From Phyllosticta citribraziliensis (Eukaryota): DNA of 64,000 nucleotides. Positions 1 to 13,800 of this stretch are shown here, in pieces; the first letter of the stretch is position 1; each line of letters starts with the position of its first letter. Location of the stretch: contig NW_027117338.1 in assembly GCF_038025025.1 (NCBI RefSeq), forward strand, positions 744,001 to 808,000, in the 5' to 3' direction. Position numbers and translations under genes: made by a program. The notes below the pieces were generated by a model, which saw nothing but the letters and a program-made list of their open reading frames with translations, had not been told where the DNA came from and ran no database searches.

Positions 1-250
1 TCTTATCGCAACGGCTTAGCAGGGTTTTGATATTTTTCCAGTACTCGTCGAGCTCGTCCATGGACTGAGTGCGCATAGTTGAATGGACTAGCTGGGAGAC
101 ATCACGGAGCATCCGGATTTCGATCAGCATGCTTTCGATGGTCGTGTCAACATGCTTTGAATCGTCGACGAAGCGCCCCAAAGTGTTGATTAGAGTGCCG
201 CATAGCGAGGCTATCTGGGCCGTGCTAGCGAGGACTGATAGTGGATCCAT
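1..250 (-). CDS. 5' end of a gene with a fungal HeLo-like/SesA 'N-terminal domain of STAND proteins' (truncated by window edge)
   Basis: Not in the ORF track because it runs off the edge. ATG at 250 reads open to base 1: MDPLSVLASTAQIASLCGTLINTLGRFVDDSKHVDTTIESMLIEIRMLRDVSQLVHSTMRTQSMDELDEYWKNIKTLLSRCDK. The MDPLS start plus amphipathic helices is typical of this family. Confidence 0.75.
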   Translation of the reverse strand, partial: MDPLSVLASTAQIASLCGTLINTLGRFVDDSKHVDTTIESMLIEIRMLRDVSQLVHSTMRTQSMDELDEYWKNIKTLLSRCDK

Positions 251-1384
251 ATCGCAAAGATGATGCGAGGCAATCAACGGGACGCTCGGTCCCCCCAAAA
301 GTCTGGGGAAAGATGGTCTGGAGAATGCGGAGAGAGGTGCGGAGGGCCCTCATGGCACCAGGAACAGCTGAGCCTCCACGTCTGTATGCAGCAACGGCAA
401 TGCTAACGTGGACCTGCGCCGCTGATGGCAAAAGGAATAGAAAGGGCTTACCGGAGCTAGAGTCACCGAAATACACCGCTGTCGTTTAGGCGACAGCTGC
501 CTGATATGCGCCTTCGACTCTCCTGGCCAATGATGCACAGCGATGCGTTTCGCACGCGCATCCGTCACTCCAGCTCTGGAAGCGAGTCCGTGTCACGAGA
601 TGCCCTAACTCGAGTAACGGCGCCTGGCACTTTGATGCCAACGCATTCCTCACCGGGGCCCCGAAAAACCAGCTCGCGTGCCACGCCCATCGCAGGAATT
701 CGCAACAGCAATAAAACGGCTTCCATGCTCAAAAGGCTCTGGCTACTGGTCACGCCGGCGGGACTGCCATTATTGTGGAGGCGCAGACCCATTTTTGGAC
801 CGCGGGGAACAGCCAGTTGCTGCTGTCAGCGGTGGGTCGACGCCTTTGGGAAAGACTTATAGGGCAACTTTCTCCAATGCAGACGCCATGCACGACGTCC
901 CCTCGCCACAAACAAGTCTCATGCCCCCAGAACAGCCGTTGGCCCCTACATGAAGAAATTTGGCGCAACATCGTAGCGCAAGCTGGGAAAGAGGACACAT
1001 GTCCCGAAGTCTCGCACTTCAGAAGCCCATCAGGAGAGGTTGCGAACGAAAGTCGGCCGGCTGCTTGGAGCAAAGACGTTCTACCGGAATCCTTCGAGCG
1101 CTTGGCCCGACGCGCGCCCCTCCGCATTCTACCCCAGGCGTACCAGGGTGGCAGGCTCCCACAGACGAGCATGCAGCCACCCTCAGCTGTCCTTGGCGAG
1201 GCTGAAAGTGTGGAGGGCCATAGGGAAGAGTTGCCCGACTCTCCATGTCAGCGGTCCTCCCATTCTTCAATGCACACTCCCATCCATTCGCCGACTTCTT
1301 TCCTTGTCCGCTCCGCCTCTCTTTCGGCATTGGCGCCCTTCGACCCTCCATGAAAGTCCTCGCTGCTGCGTGCGCAGTCGAACA

Positions 1385-4300
1385 ATGAGTCCGCCATTCG
1401 AGCTTCAAGGATGGCCTTCGGTGAGTCTTTTTGACGCTAGCGTCACCACTGCCGCTGCTGTACGTACCGGCTTATGCAAATACCAGCAGCCTGGGAACGG
1501 GGCCGTGCACCAGAGTCGATTCGACGATCCCGGGGCAGACATCCAAGTCTAGTGAGTCTGGTCAACTAGTATCAACCAAGCCCGGTCCCTGCCATTTGTG
1601 GTTCCTTACAGGACTTATACTTTCGACTTGCATTTTGAATAGTTGGAAGATTGATCCACTTGCTCTGATTGGTCGTTTTGCGTCTTATTCTTTCCACGCA
1701 ACTAGGAAATATACGCTCACTGTTTTGATTTTCCTCGGAGAATTTCTCGTCATCATGTATAAGCTCACTCCTTGAAGTATTGTCAGATTAGTTGAATGAG
1801 TCGTTGGTCTCCTTGTGTCTACAAGGCGTTTCACGAGCGGAGACTGTCACCTCGAGCCGCACCTGAATCCCGATCCTTCCCCACACTACACTCGGACATA
1901 TCTGATCTATGTCCATCCCAACATTTTACTGACCAGACTCCACGTACGGCAGCATTGACAATCCGCTCGACGGCCGAACACCCGAAGAACTCGAAGAAGA
2001 CGTCATCGTCTTCAGAGACAAGTACGGCCTCACAGACGTGATCAACCTCGAGCTGCTACAAAATGGGGCTCGCATAGCGCAAAGCCCTCGACTATTCGAG
2101 GCGATCGAGGGTCTGACAGAAGAGGAGAAGCAGGCTCTGCGGGATGAGCAGACGAAGCTGTGGAAGCAGCCGCGCGATCTTTGGCTGACCATTGGATGCA
2201 CCTCGATCGCGGCGGCTTTGCAGTGAGTCTTCTTCTCTTTGTTTCTTCTGGGTCAGAGGGCTCTCCTGCTGGCCTCAATCAAGAAATAGGAGGCTTGCTG
2301 TATTTGCCTCTGGAAAACACAGATGATCTCGCTGCCGGTTCATGGTGCACATGCTCACTTGACCGCTCACTGTATTCATTGTCCTGGGAAGCTTGGATTC
2401 TTCCTATCCATCGCCATCAGATTTGGTCCTCTGTTTGCTTGTTCAATCTGACAAAACTCTCCAGGGGCTGGGTATGACGAGACCCAACATCAATGAAACG
2501 GCGCACACCTAACGAGTCATACAGGACCAGACCGGATCATCGGGAGCCAATCTCGCCTGGCCTGGTGAGATGGGGGTCAGCTTCGAGAACGACTGGTTAA
2601 TCGGGCTGGTCAACTCAGCGCCCTACTTTGCTGCAGCAGTATTGTAAGTCCACTGCACCACGTAAAGTGAGGTAAAGGACAATACTCACCTGTAAAGGGG
2701 ATGTTGGCTGTCTGATCCGCTCAACAACTACGTCGGTCGACGAGGAACCATATTCTTTGCCACCGTCTTCTGCTTTGGTTCTGTCATTGGCGCTGCCTTT
2801 TGTCAGACCTGGCCGCAACTCTTCATCAGCCGTCTCCTGCTTGGGATTGGCATGGGAAGCAAGGCTTCCACAGTGCCCGTCTACGCGGCGGAGAGTGCAC
2901 CCAGTTTCTTCCGCGGTAGTTTTCTGTGTGCCTGGCAATTTTGGGTTGCCTTGGGCATCTTCCTGTGAGCGGGCCCCTTTCCGGCTGTCTGAAATTTTGG
3001 CTCAAAACCGCCTTAGAGGCTTCTCTGCCAACCTGGCGGTCTACCAGATTAGCGATATTGGTTGGCGACTGCAGCTTGGCAGCGCCTTCATCCCCGCCGT
3101 CCCACTCCTCGTCCTCATCTGGTACGCTCCCGAATCGCCGCGTTGGTACATCAAGAACAAGTGCTACGCCGCCGCCTACCGCTCACTCAAGCGGCTGCGC
3201 AACGTTGAAGTGCAAGCGGCCCGAGACTTTTACTACATGCATGTGCAGATTGAGATGGAAGCGCGCGTCATGGCAGAGCGCGGGGCGCCCCTGGAGAACC
3301 CGCACTACAGAGAACGCACGCCGGTTGGGCGCGACTTGCAGAAGGCTGGACAGTACATCCGGCGGTTTTTGCAACTGTTTACCATCGATCGTGTCCGACA
3401 GGCGACGTTGGCTGCGCATACGGTCATGATTGCTCAGCAGATGTGCGGCATCAATGTAAAACACCACTAGGTTCCGCATCATCGGCGCGTCAAGACACTG
3501 ACGAGACGAACCATAGATCATGGCGTTCTACGGCGCATCCATTTTCTTCACGCCCGAATCATCGACCGACTACAAGAGCCACGACGCTCGCACGGCGCTG
3601 CTCGTCTCCTGGGGTTTTGGGCTGGTCAACTTTGTGTTCGTCGCGCCGGCTTTCATTTCATATCAGACAACATACTAATTCGTACGCGTCAGCTTTGCCC
3701 TGCCCGCCGTCCACCGCATCGACACGCTGGGACGCCGCACGTTGCTGCTCGTGACTTTTCCAGGCATGGCACTCACGTTGCTTGGGGCAGCGTTTTGTTT
3801 CAAGATCCCCGACGGCCAAAGTCAACTCGGCGCGGTTACTTTGTTCATCTTTTTATTCGCGGCTTTTTATTCGCCTGGCGAGGGTATGTTAGTGCTTGTC
3901 GCGTGAGACGATTTGAGATGTTGATGATGTATAGGGCCGGTGCCGTTTACGTATTGCGCAGAAGCATTTCCCCTGTCTCATCGAGGTAAGCCTTAACAAC
4001 ATCGGGTACCGAGATTTGGAGTCAAGAATCGTGGCACACAAGTCCTCTCTGCAACAGTTCTCTGAGTCTCCAGCAAGGAGCATATGTTGCCCCTATCCCT
4101 GCATTCTCTTTCAAATCGTACAACCGCGTCTTTGCACAAAGTCCCTGGAAAAGCATTCCTCGTAATCATGCTAACTCGAGGATAGAGGTCGGCATGAGTT
4201 TTGCCGTTGCGACGAACCTCTTCTGGGCGGGGATTCTCGCACTCGTCTATCCCAAAATGAGCTCGGCGCTTACGCCGACCGGCGCGTTGGGGCTATTCGC

Positions 4301-4613
4301 AGGGCTCAATGTCGTCGCCTTTGTGATGATATTTCTGTGGGTTCCCGAGACCAAACAGAGGACGCTCGAGGAACTCAACGCCATATGTAAGGTTTCCAGC
4401 GACGAGTTTGGGAGTCGACGGACAAGTTGCTGACCAGGAGCAGTCGAGGTGCCAACGAGGCGGCACATGCGCTACCAGATAATGAAGACGATCCCGTGGC
4501 TTTGGAGACGCTACGTGCTGCGCAAAGACGCGGACAAAGAACCGCTCTACGTGTTTAATCGAGAAAAGGGAGAAGCGCAGCGGGATAGGGCCTCTAGGCG
4601 CGAACAGCTGTAA
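1385..4613 (+). CDS. MFS sugar porter (polyol/myo-inositol transporter-like), many exons
   Basis: Spliced motifs: [96 protein letters not shown] introns with CTRAC-type branch points; stop TAA at 4611-4613. The start codon and first two exons are less certain. Confidence 0.92.
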
Positions 4614-5299
4614 CCACAATGCCCATGCACGGTGGCGTAGGTTGGTCATGCGTCGGCGCAGCTTTTTCCAGCTCAGAAAGGGTGGTGCTGGTGACACGGT
4701 GTTGGTCGACGCCGTCAGCCGCGGGCATTGGGCGATGACACAGGTGGTACCGCTAAACATGGGTTTTGCGGCGCGAGGCTTTTGGCGAGTGCGTGCTCCA
4801 GGCCACTGTTCACATCAACTAGCTTCTCTTGGTCGTGGTGCGCCGTCATTTTTGGACCCTTGCAGCTGTCAACATGATGGCGTGTGGGTGACGGAAGGGT
4901 AATCCTTTGGCAGGGCGTCTTTGGAGTAGTATGTCGGCAGGATTTGGCCATGATCGGAAAAGCAATTGCGCAGGATCGAAACGTTTGATTGTTTACGTGA
5001 AGCAGACGACTTGTTGGTGTAGAAACGCGATGGGCGGGGATAATGCACCGTAGTGTGGAGAGCGGAAGGGCCGCACCGGAGGAGCGGCATGACATCACTG
5101 GCTGAGGCCTCGTCATATCATGACCCAACGCAGGTCAGGTCTCGCCCTTTCCGGTTCCAAGACTTCCGTCGCCTTGTTCGCTCTACAAAACAACAACCAT
5201 CCCCGCGAAGATCGCCCAACACTTCCATTACTCTGCCAATCTTCCTGCCCCACACCAGCTGCATCTCAGAGCATTGCCTCGCGCCCATCCATCGCCACC

Positions 5300-6726
5300 A
5301 TGCATCGCACCTACTCGCTGCGCCAGTCGCGCGTCCCTACGGCGTCGCAAGTCCAGAACCCGCCGCCGCCTCCCTCGTCCACCAAGTCCGGTCGCTTCTT
5401 TGGCAGGGCCAACATCGGTGCGTACTCGTCGCCACCATCCGTCGCGAGTCCGGGAGATCCGCAGCAGTCTGGGCATCAGCGTCGCTGGCTTCGCGAAGCA
5501 CCCGACCAGCACTCGCGACTCCCGGAACATGTCGCACGACTGGAGCATAATCGCACGACAAAGGCGTGAGCATTGCTAATATGGCGCTTTGCAGGACACT
5601 CGTTCCGCCACAAGACGGCCGGCGCGTTCGGCCCCGATCTGGCCAAGAAGCTGTCGCAACTGGTCAAGATGGAGAAGAACGTCATGCGCAGCATGGAGCT
5701 CGTCAGTCGTGAGCGCATGGAAGTTGCTGTAAGTACAGACGTTGGTGAATGATGTGCAACGCGCAGATGCTAATACGTGGTGGCGCGCAGCAACAACTGT
5801 CCATCTGGGGCGAAGGCTGCGACGACGACGTGTCAGACGTTACGGACAAGCTCGGTGTCCTCATTTACGAAATCGGCGAGCTCGAGGACCAGTTCATTGA
5901 CCGCTACGACCAATACCGTGTGACAATCAAGAGCATTCGCAACATTGAGGCTTCGGTCCAGCCTAGCCGCGACAGTACGTCATTTCGTTACACTTGGGCT
6001 CGACCGGAGACGAAATGCAGATGGGCTGACAATCGCGAACAGGGAAGCAAAAGATCACGGATCAGATTGCCCAGCTGAAGTACAAGGAGCCCAACTCTCC
6101 GCGCATCGTCGTCCTCGAACAAGAGCTGGTCCGCGCCGAAGCTGAGTCACTTGTCGCTGAAGCGCAATTGTCGAACATTACTCGCGAGAAGTTGAAGGCT
6201 GCCTTTACGTACCAGTTCGACGCTTTGCGCGAGCACTGCGAGAAGCTCGCCATTATTGCAGGCTACGGCAAGCACCTGCTGGAGCTTGTCGACGATACTC
6301 CTGTGACTCCGGGCGAGACTAGACCCGCGTACGATGGTTACGAAGCTAGCAAGGCGTAAGTTCTGGAAGGACAGTCATGAGAATATAGCGCGAGAGGCTA
6401 ACAAGAAACATAGCATCATTCAAGACTGTGAGGATGCTCTTACGAGCTGGGTAGAGCAGAATGCAGTCGTCAAGTCCAACCTCTCGACCCGTTCCCGTAC
6501 GCTTTCGCAGCGCCGTCATTCGCGAGCTCGACGATCCAACGGGGAAGGGCTCGACCTCTCTGGGCAGGACCAGCCGCTTGAGGGCCGCGAGTCGGGGATC
6601 TGGGTACCAGCGTCGGAGCATGGGGCGCGCGACAGCTACGAGGACGAGGAGGACGAGGAGGATGCGCCGAGCACCATTACCAGCGAGCAAAGAGGGCGTG
6701 AGGAGGAGAGGAGCGTTGCCGTTTAA
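5300..6726 (+). CDS. PIL1: Eisosome BAR-domain protein, PIL1/LSP1 family
   Basis: MHRTYSLRQSRVPTASQVQNPPPPPSSTKSGRFFG; FGPDLAKKLSQLVKMEKNV; QLSIWGE..DDDVSDVTDKLGVL; LEQELVRAEAESLVAEAQLSNITREKLK; DDTPVTPGETRPAYDGYEAS. Four introns. The PIL1 versus LSP1/PilB paralog is not resolved. Confidence 0.95.
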
Positions 6727-7816
6727 GGGGGGAGGGGTTCATGGCGGGATTGCTCGTGTGGAGCGCGGAAGCAGTAATGTCGTATATACCCTTGGGTCTG
6801 ACGGACGGACGGATGGCCGGGCAGGTTTCTCATTGGTCTGATGATGGAGTTGGGAAGGAGTCGAACGGATTTGAAGTTTTGTTCTTTGCATGTACCAGTT
6901 GATGTGATTCGTTCGTGAACAGAATTGGTTCAAAATTGACATTGGGTTTGGTCAGCAAAAGCATGAGTGCAGAGTGACGAGGAATGAGGCGTATACCTTA
7001 CAGTCGGGGGCCTCGGACCCTCGTTCCAAGCAAAGGGGTCCAGATAAGCAGCAGTAGGCCCGAGGGCAGCAGACAAGGGCAACCCGGCGGCGGAGCTCGC
7101 ACGCGCGCTGCTCCGGCCATGGCCGTTGGTGCGTTGGAAACTGCTGCTCTGTCGTCGTTTGCTTTTGCTTTTGTTTTTGCCCTCTACCTAACTAAGCTTG
7201 GAATCCAGCGGTGACGGTTGTTGGCCACGGCTGATTGTAAGGAATTCGTATTCGAAGCGGCCCGGCCAGAAAACTTGCAGCAGTAGTGGGGAGCGTCGCC
7301 ATGCTCACCGCATCGAGGCTGCGGCGCGCGTGTGCAGACGCGAGAGCAAGCGAGACGCGAGATAATCGGAGCAGGTGCCAAGCCATGTACATACCCAGGT
7401 ACTGTCAGTAGCTGCAGCTGATGGGGAGGAGTTGATAGCACTAGGTAGGACATCATCGCCGTTCAGTGTGTCGCCAACGCCAACGGACCATCCCGCGAGC
7501 GGCGCTGCCCTCAAAGAGACGTCCTTCACTTCCCCTCCACTGCCATCCACCTTCACCCTTCACCCATCTTCTTCTGCACTTTTTCCTCTCTCGCCCTCCC
7601 CTGCCTCTCCTCCGCTCGTCCTCTCGTCGACCTGACTCATTGATGCGCCACCTGCGCACCATGACTGTATTCCAACCTTGAACCCCCACGCCCGCTCAGC
7701 AATTCGCGCAGGGAAAAAAATATTCAACACTATTCCGTACTCCAACTCGCCCAGTATATAGTCCTGGCAGCGTGCGCGCGCTCCAAGCCGACCTCTCCCC
7801 CATCGCAACCACCACC

Positions 7817-10800
7817 ATGGCGGCAATGTCCGCCCCATTCGCCCCATTCGCCCGCGCGTTGCTCCTCCAAACAACGACGCCTCGTGGCGACACAAACGCG
7901 CCCCCAGACCTGCTCTCCGCGCCGCAACAGCAAACGCCTTTCCAATCTGTGCAGCCATCCAGCTCCGGCTCTGGCTTCTCTCCCAAGCTCCCACTCGCAA
8001 TAGCCACCGCCGCGCTCGCCATCCTCTCCCTCAATGCCACCATTAGCATCGTGCAGACGTTGCGCCTGCGCCGCCGCGCCCCCAAGCTGGACACGGCTCC
8101 GCCCGATGCGCGCGCCGTTGCTACGGGCAAGGCTGCCTACGCCGACGCCGACGGCGTTGCTACGCCTGATGCCGTGGCGAGGTACGGGTGCGCGCTGAAG
8201 GTGAGACTGGCCCTGTTGGCTGGCGTGGCTGCGGCGGGCTTCGCAGTTGCGGTTGCGAGGGCTGTTGTCGGCGTGCTGGAGCATCGGGAGGACGGATTTC
8301 TGTGCGTAGTGCAGTGGGTGACCGCGGGGTTGTGGGTAAGTTCATTCTGTTTTGCCTTTACCGACGTTCTCCTCCCCCCATGTTCCATTGCTCCTTCTTG
8401 CATCTGGCACCATGGCTCTATGGCTCCGGTTCGTTATAAAATCGTCAAGAAAAAGCTTCGGGAGAATGTTTTGGTTGTCTGCATGCCCTTTCGAAAGGCT
8501 TGGATATCTCTTCCTCCTCATTAGGACCAAGCAGAATCTCTTCACATCGGCAACTTTTTGAGCAGCGGGCACTGAGAGCCTTGTCTGAAAATTGCGGTTT
8601 CAAGTTGTTGGGTAGAACTTTTTCAATGTGATGGGTATCTCACAGCTTCTCCCCTGGCCTGTCTTGTCGCAACCATTCTCTTTCACGCAAATCGTAGCTT
8701 GAACACGTCTGACTTTGGTTAGTTGCCTCTCACTATCCAAGCCATCGAATTATCAGTAGAAAAAGAGCCTGTGCGGAGATACAATTTGGCAATCAACAAC
8801 GCCGCAATATATCTCATCTCCCTCGCCATATATTGCTACGTTGACGACTTCCGAACGCTCCCCAAGAGCCTCCTAGGCCTCTCCATAGCACGCGTGGCCC
8901 TAGCCCTTACCGGATTAATACTCTGCACACTGGTCCCACGACGTCCTCATGTCGAATACAAAGGCTGTCCCGTGGACACCGCACGCAGCGCCTCTGCCTT
9001 CTCACGCCACACGTACGGCTGGTTGACGCCACTGCTGTCCTTTGCCTCCAAGCAGGGCTTCCTGAACCAGTCTGATCTGCCAACCCTCGACAGCCACGCC
9101 CGCTCGCGCGACCTGCACGATGCTTTTGTGGCGTCCAAGTACACGGGCCGCCTCTGGAAGAACATTGTTCGCGCGCATCTGTCGGCGTTCATCACGCAGT
9201 ACGTTGTTGCTGCGTTGTCGGGAATCACGTTCATGGCGCCGCAATATGCCATGTACAAGCTGCTGCAGCTGCTCGAGGCGCGCGATGCCGGTGCAGATGT
9301 GACGATAGCGGCGAGCTTGTGGGTCGTGGGACTGGGCGTCGCGGTGCTCGTTGACAATCACATTGACAATTGGCGCTGGTGGTTGAGCTACGGCAGTCTC
9401 AATGTGCCAATCCGCGTACAACTCAGCGCGCTGATTTTTGCAAAGAGCATGCGCAGGAAGGAGACCAAGGGCGTGAGGAAGGATGCAGATGATGAAAAGG
9501 AAGACGCCGATGGGGAAAAGGGCAATGAAGAGGATGAAGACGCACTCAAGCAGACGCAGCAGGGCACGATCAATCTGGTCGGTGTGGATTCCAAGAGAAT
9601 TGCGGATTTCAGCACCTACCAGGCCATCGTCTGGAGCGCGGTCATTAAGTTGACGCTGGCTTTCGTCTTTATCTACAAGCTTGTCGGGTAAGTGACGCTG
9701 CTTTCAGTATTGGAGAACATTTCTAACCCTTCCAGATGGGAGGCACTCCTAGCTGGTATCGCCGCTCAGATTTGCGTGCTGCCACTCAATTCCTATTTTG
9801 CCCGGCGCTACGCCAGTGCCCAAAACGACCTCATGTCAGCCCGCGACAAGAAGCTCGCCGTCCTGAATGAGGCATTGACCGGCATTCGACAAATCAAGTT
9901 CAGCGCGCTGGAACAGCAGTGGCAGAAGAAAATTCAGGAGTACAGAGAGACTGAACTCAAGATTGTTTGGAGAGTCTTTGTCTCCGACACGTTTCTCATT
10001 TTCTGCTGGATCTTTGGGCCCTACATGCTCTCAGCAGTGACTTTGGCTGTGCACGCTTTGGTCTACAAGCACCTCTACCCGTCGATTGCTTTCACTACCA
10101 TTGGCATCCTCGGTCAAATTGAAGGCACCCTAGCCTTTGTTCCCGAAATCATCGCGATGGGCATTGACTCCTGGGTTTCTGTCAAGAGAATCGAAGAATA
10201 TCTCAACGCTCCTGAGAAGCCTTCAAACACCATCCCCGGCGACGAAATTTCCTTCAAGCACGCTAACATTGCGTGGCCTTCCGACTCGGAGAAGAACGAA
10301 GAGTCGTTTGTCCTCCGCGATCTCGACTTTACCTTTCCAACAGGCAAGCTCAGCGTCATCTCTGGCCGCACTGGCAGCGGCAAGACCCTCTTGCTCAAGG
10401 CCATTCTCGGCGAGGTCGACGTTCTCTCGGGATCCATAGTCGTCCCGCAAGCCCTGCCCGTCGAGAAGCGCTACGACCACAAGGCCAACCCGTCGAACTG
10501 GATCATTCCATCGACCATTGCTTTTGTCAGCCAACAACCATGGATCGAGAACCACACTTTCCGCGACAACATTCTCTTCGGCCTACCATACGACGAGACG
10601 CGCTACAACAAAGTCATCCAAGCTTGTGCTTTGGACCCAGATCTGAAGTTGCTTTCTGACGGAGACAAAACCGAAATTGGTGCCCAAGGAATCAATCTGA
10701 GTGGAGGGCAGAAATGGCGCATCACTCTTGCTCGTGCTCTCTACTCTCGCGCCGGGATCCTCCTTATGGACGACATCTTCAGCGCCGTCGACGCACACGT

Positions 10801-13359
10801 TGGCCGCCACATCTTCGAACACGCGCTGACGGGCGAGCTGGGATACGGGCGGACCCGCATTGTCGTCACACACCATGTATCGCTTTGCCTGCCACGCACC
10901 AATTTCGAAGTGCTCCTGGGCGAAGGTCAGGTTGAGCGCTCAGGCTTGGTAGCTGAACTACGCGAAAATGGTGGGCTGGACGAGATTCTTGAAGAGGAGC
11001 GCAACGAGGATGACTTCACGGACGAGTCACCTCTGATTGATGGAAGCAACGGCTACATGTCACCGCGCAGGCGGCGCAGCTCAGCCGTCCGACGGGGCAG
11101 CCTTTCGGCAGCGTTGGAGAACGGTAACGGCATCGGCCGCGTCAGACGTGCATCCAGAGTCAGCGAGCGGTCGGCTCTCATCGACGACGGAGGCCACATG
11201 CACCTCGACTCTGGGCCCAAGAACGTCCCCAAAAAGTTCACAGAGGAAGAGACCAAGATGAAGGGCAAGGTGTTGCTGTCCGTGTACCGACACTACATCA
11301 AGGCTGGCGGCGGCTACTGGTTCTGGGCCGGCATCGTGCTGGCGTTTTGCGTCATCCAGGCGCTGATTCTCGGCCGCTCGTGGTGGCTCACCATCTGGAC
11401 GGGGCAATACAAGACACAAGAAGCCTCCACAGGCATCATCGCACGCCTCCTCCAATATCCCGTCCGGACCCCTTACCACTCGCAGGCCCTGACGCGCGAC
11501 ACGAACTTCTATGTCGGCGTTTACATGCTCATTTCGGTCAGCATCTCGCTGTTTGGCACCATCCGCTACTACGTCGTCTTTTGTGGCTCAATTCGTGCCA
11601 GCAGGAAGCTTTTTGACGATTTGGTTTACGCTGTCCTCCGCGCCCCTATGCGCTGGCTTGATACGGTGCCCACTGGGCGCATCCTAAATCGCTTCACGGC
11701 CGACTTTAGTGCCATCGATATGGAGCAGGCGAGTGGCTTTTCGTTCATGCTGTTCCACATGCTGCTCGTGGTTGGCATTATTGTTGCTGGGTAAGTCGAT
11801 TCTGTTCTCTGTTCACTAGTCGATTCTTTGTGGTGTTGTATATTCGAGGAGCGTGAATACTCCTTGTCCCTTCTGCCTTTCCACTCCTGACAACGATCCC
11901 GTTCCTGTTTTGAATAGGACTTCAACTGACTTTGTACAGCATGATGGTCACGCCAGTCATGATCCTATTCGCCGTCATCCTGTTGGCCCTTTGCTTGCGC
12001 TATGCCCTCTTCTACCTCGTCGGCGCGCGCGAAACCAAGCGCCTGGAGAGTTTGGCAAAGAGCCCCATGTTTGAGCTCTTTGGCGCCTCGCTCTCGGGCC
12101 TCAGCACCATCCGCGCCTTTGGAAAGACGGCCGACTACATTGATAACATGTTCAATCTGATTGATCGACACGGACAGACCATCTTCTACATGTGGGCCTT
12201 CAACCGATGGCTGACATACCGACTAGGCGTCATCGGGGCCGTCTTTTCGCTATCCATGGCCACGTTGATCGTCTCGCTCAGGAGCATCGACGCGGCGCTG
12301 GCCGGGTTTGCCCTCGGCTTCACGCTCGAGTACTCGATGGCCGTCGTCTGGATGCTGCGGCAGTACGCCATCGTCGAGCTGGCCATGAACGCAGTCGAAA
12401 GAGTTATCGAGTACTCATCAGGGATCGAGACCGAAGATCAAGGCGGCGCACCCGCACCCGCCGCCTGGCCCTCGGAAGGGCGTCTGGAAGTCGACAACCT
12501 GGTCGTCAGCTACGCGGCGGACCTGCCACCGGTTCTCAAGGGTGTCAGCTTCAGCGTGCGGCCCAACGAGCGCGTCGGCGTCGTGGGCCGCACGGGGGCG
12601 GGCAAGTCGTCCCTGACGCTGGCGCTCTTCCGCTTCCTCGAGGCGCGCGAGGGAAGCATACATATTGACGGGCTCGACATTGCCGCGCTGCGCTTGCACG
12701 ATGTGCGCTCGCGCCTGGCCATCATCCCGCAGGACCCCGTGCTCTTCTCGGGCACGGTACGGTCCAACCTCGACCCCTTCAACGAGCACACCGACGCCGA
12801 GCTGCGCGAGGCGCTGCAGCGCGTCCACCTCGTCTCGCCCGCCGACTACGCCTGCGCCAGCAGCAACGGCAGCGGCAGCGGCAGCGGCAGCGGCAACGGC
12901 TCAGCAGCCGAGCAAACAAACACCAACCCCTTCGCATCGCTCAGCACAACAATCTCCGAAGGCGGCGCCAACCTCTCGCAAGGGCAGCGCCAACTGCTCT
13001 GCCTGGCGCGCGCCATCATCGCGCGGCCCAAGATCATGATGCTGGACGAGGCGACGTCGGCGGTGGACAAGGCGACGGACGAGCGCATCCAGCGCAGCGT
13101 GCGCGAGCAGTTCGACAACAGCACGCTGCTCGTCATTGCGCACCGCTTGAGCACCATTGTCGACTTCGACCGCATCCTCGTTCTGAGCGAGGGCCGCGTC
13201 GTCGAGTTTGGCACGCCGCTCGAGTTGATGATGAAGGAGGAGGGCGTGTTTAAGGGGATGGTCAGGGATAGCGGAGAGAGGGGCGTGCTGGAGAGTGTTA
13301 TTTTTGGGACGGTCGAGGAGGAGGGGGAGGGGGGTGGGGATGAGGAGTTGGTTGTGTAG
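7817..13359 (+). CDS. ABCC/MRP-type full-length ABC transporter (YBT1/BPT1-like)
   Basis: Two TMD-NBD halves. NBD1: GRTGSGKT, LSGGQKWR, ILLMDD. NBD2: GRTGAGKS, IIPQDP, LSQGQRQ, IMMLDEATS, IAHRL. Introns at ~8337-8722, ~9689-9735 and ~11791-11939. Confidence 0.96.
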
Positions 13360-13463
13360 ATGTGGGTCTAGGGGGTTTGAAAGGGGTTGGCTCGGGGGAC
13401 CCTGTGTCGCGCCCCCTGTTTGGCAGAAAATTACTTGTAAATGCGATTTCGGCTCCTACGACG

Positions 13464-13483
13464 TTTTTTTTTTTTTTTTTTTT
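13464..13483 (+). repeat. Poly(T)20 tract between the convergent ABC and OPT 3' ends
   Basis: 20 consecutive T. Confidence 0.95.
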
Positions 13484-13800
13484 CTTTCGGTTCCTCACAT
13501 CGTCTTTGCTGTACATACAGTAGACCTTTAGATGACGAGGCGTCTGAATTGTCTTCACATTATGTCTGAGAGTCGTGACAAGAAGTAAAGTCGTGGCGCA
13601 TACAATGATGATGAAATGCGAGAAGAGGAGACTCGATGAGGTTCCATGGTGACACATGGGATATTAAAAGCATCCAAGCCTCCTCATCCACAACGCGACA
13701 CAATCTCTACCAGATTGCTACCCAGCAGAGCTATCCCACACCAGACAGACCTGGTCATACCTCACTGACGAGCAGCAGCGAAAAGCAGTGTCCCGGCCGC

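Noticed and set aside
506..1408. Overlapping 100-190 aa ORFs between the HeLo-like gene and the transporter
   Set aside because: No recognisable motifs and ORFs in several frames; most likely a divergent promoter region with GC-driven chance ORFs.
12865..12903. (GGCAGC)n repeat in ABC NBD2
   Set aside because: An in-frame Gly-Ser microsatellite in a known variable loop; ordinary.
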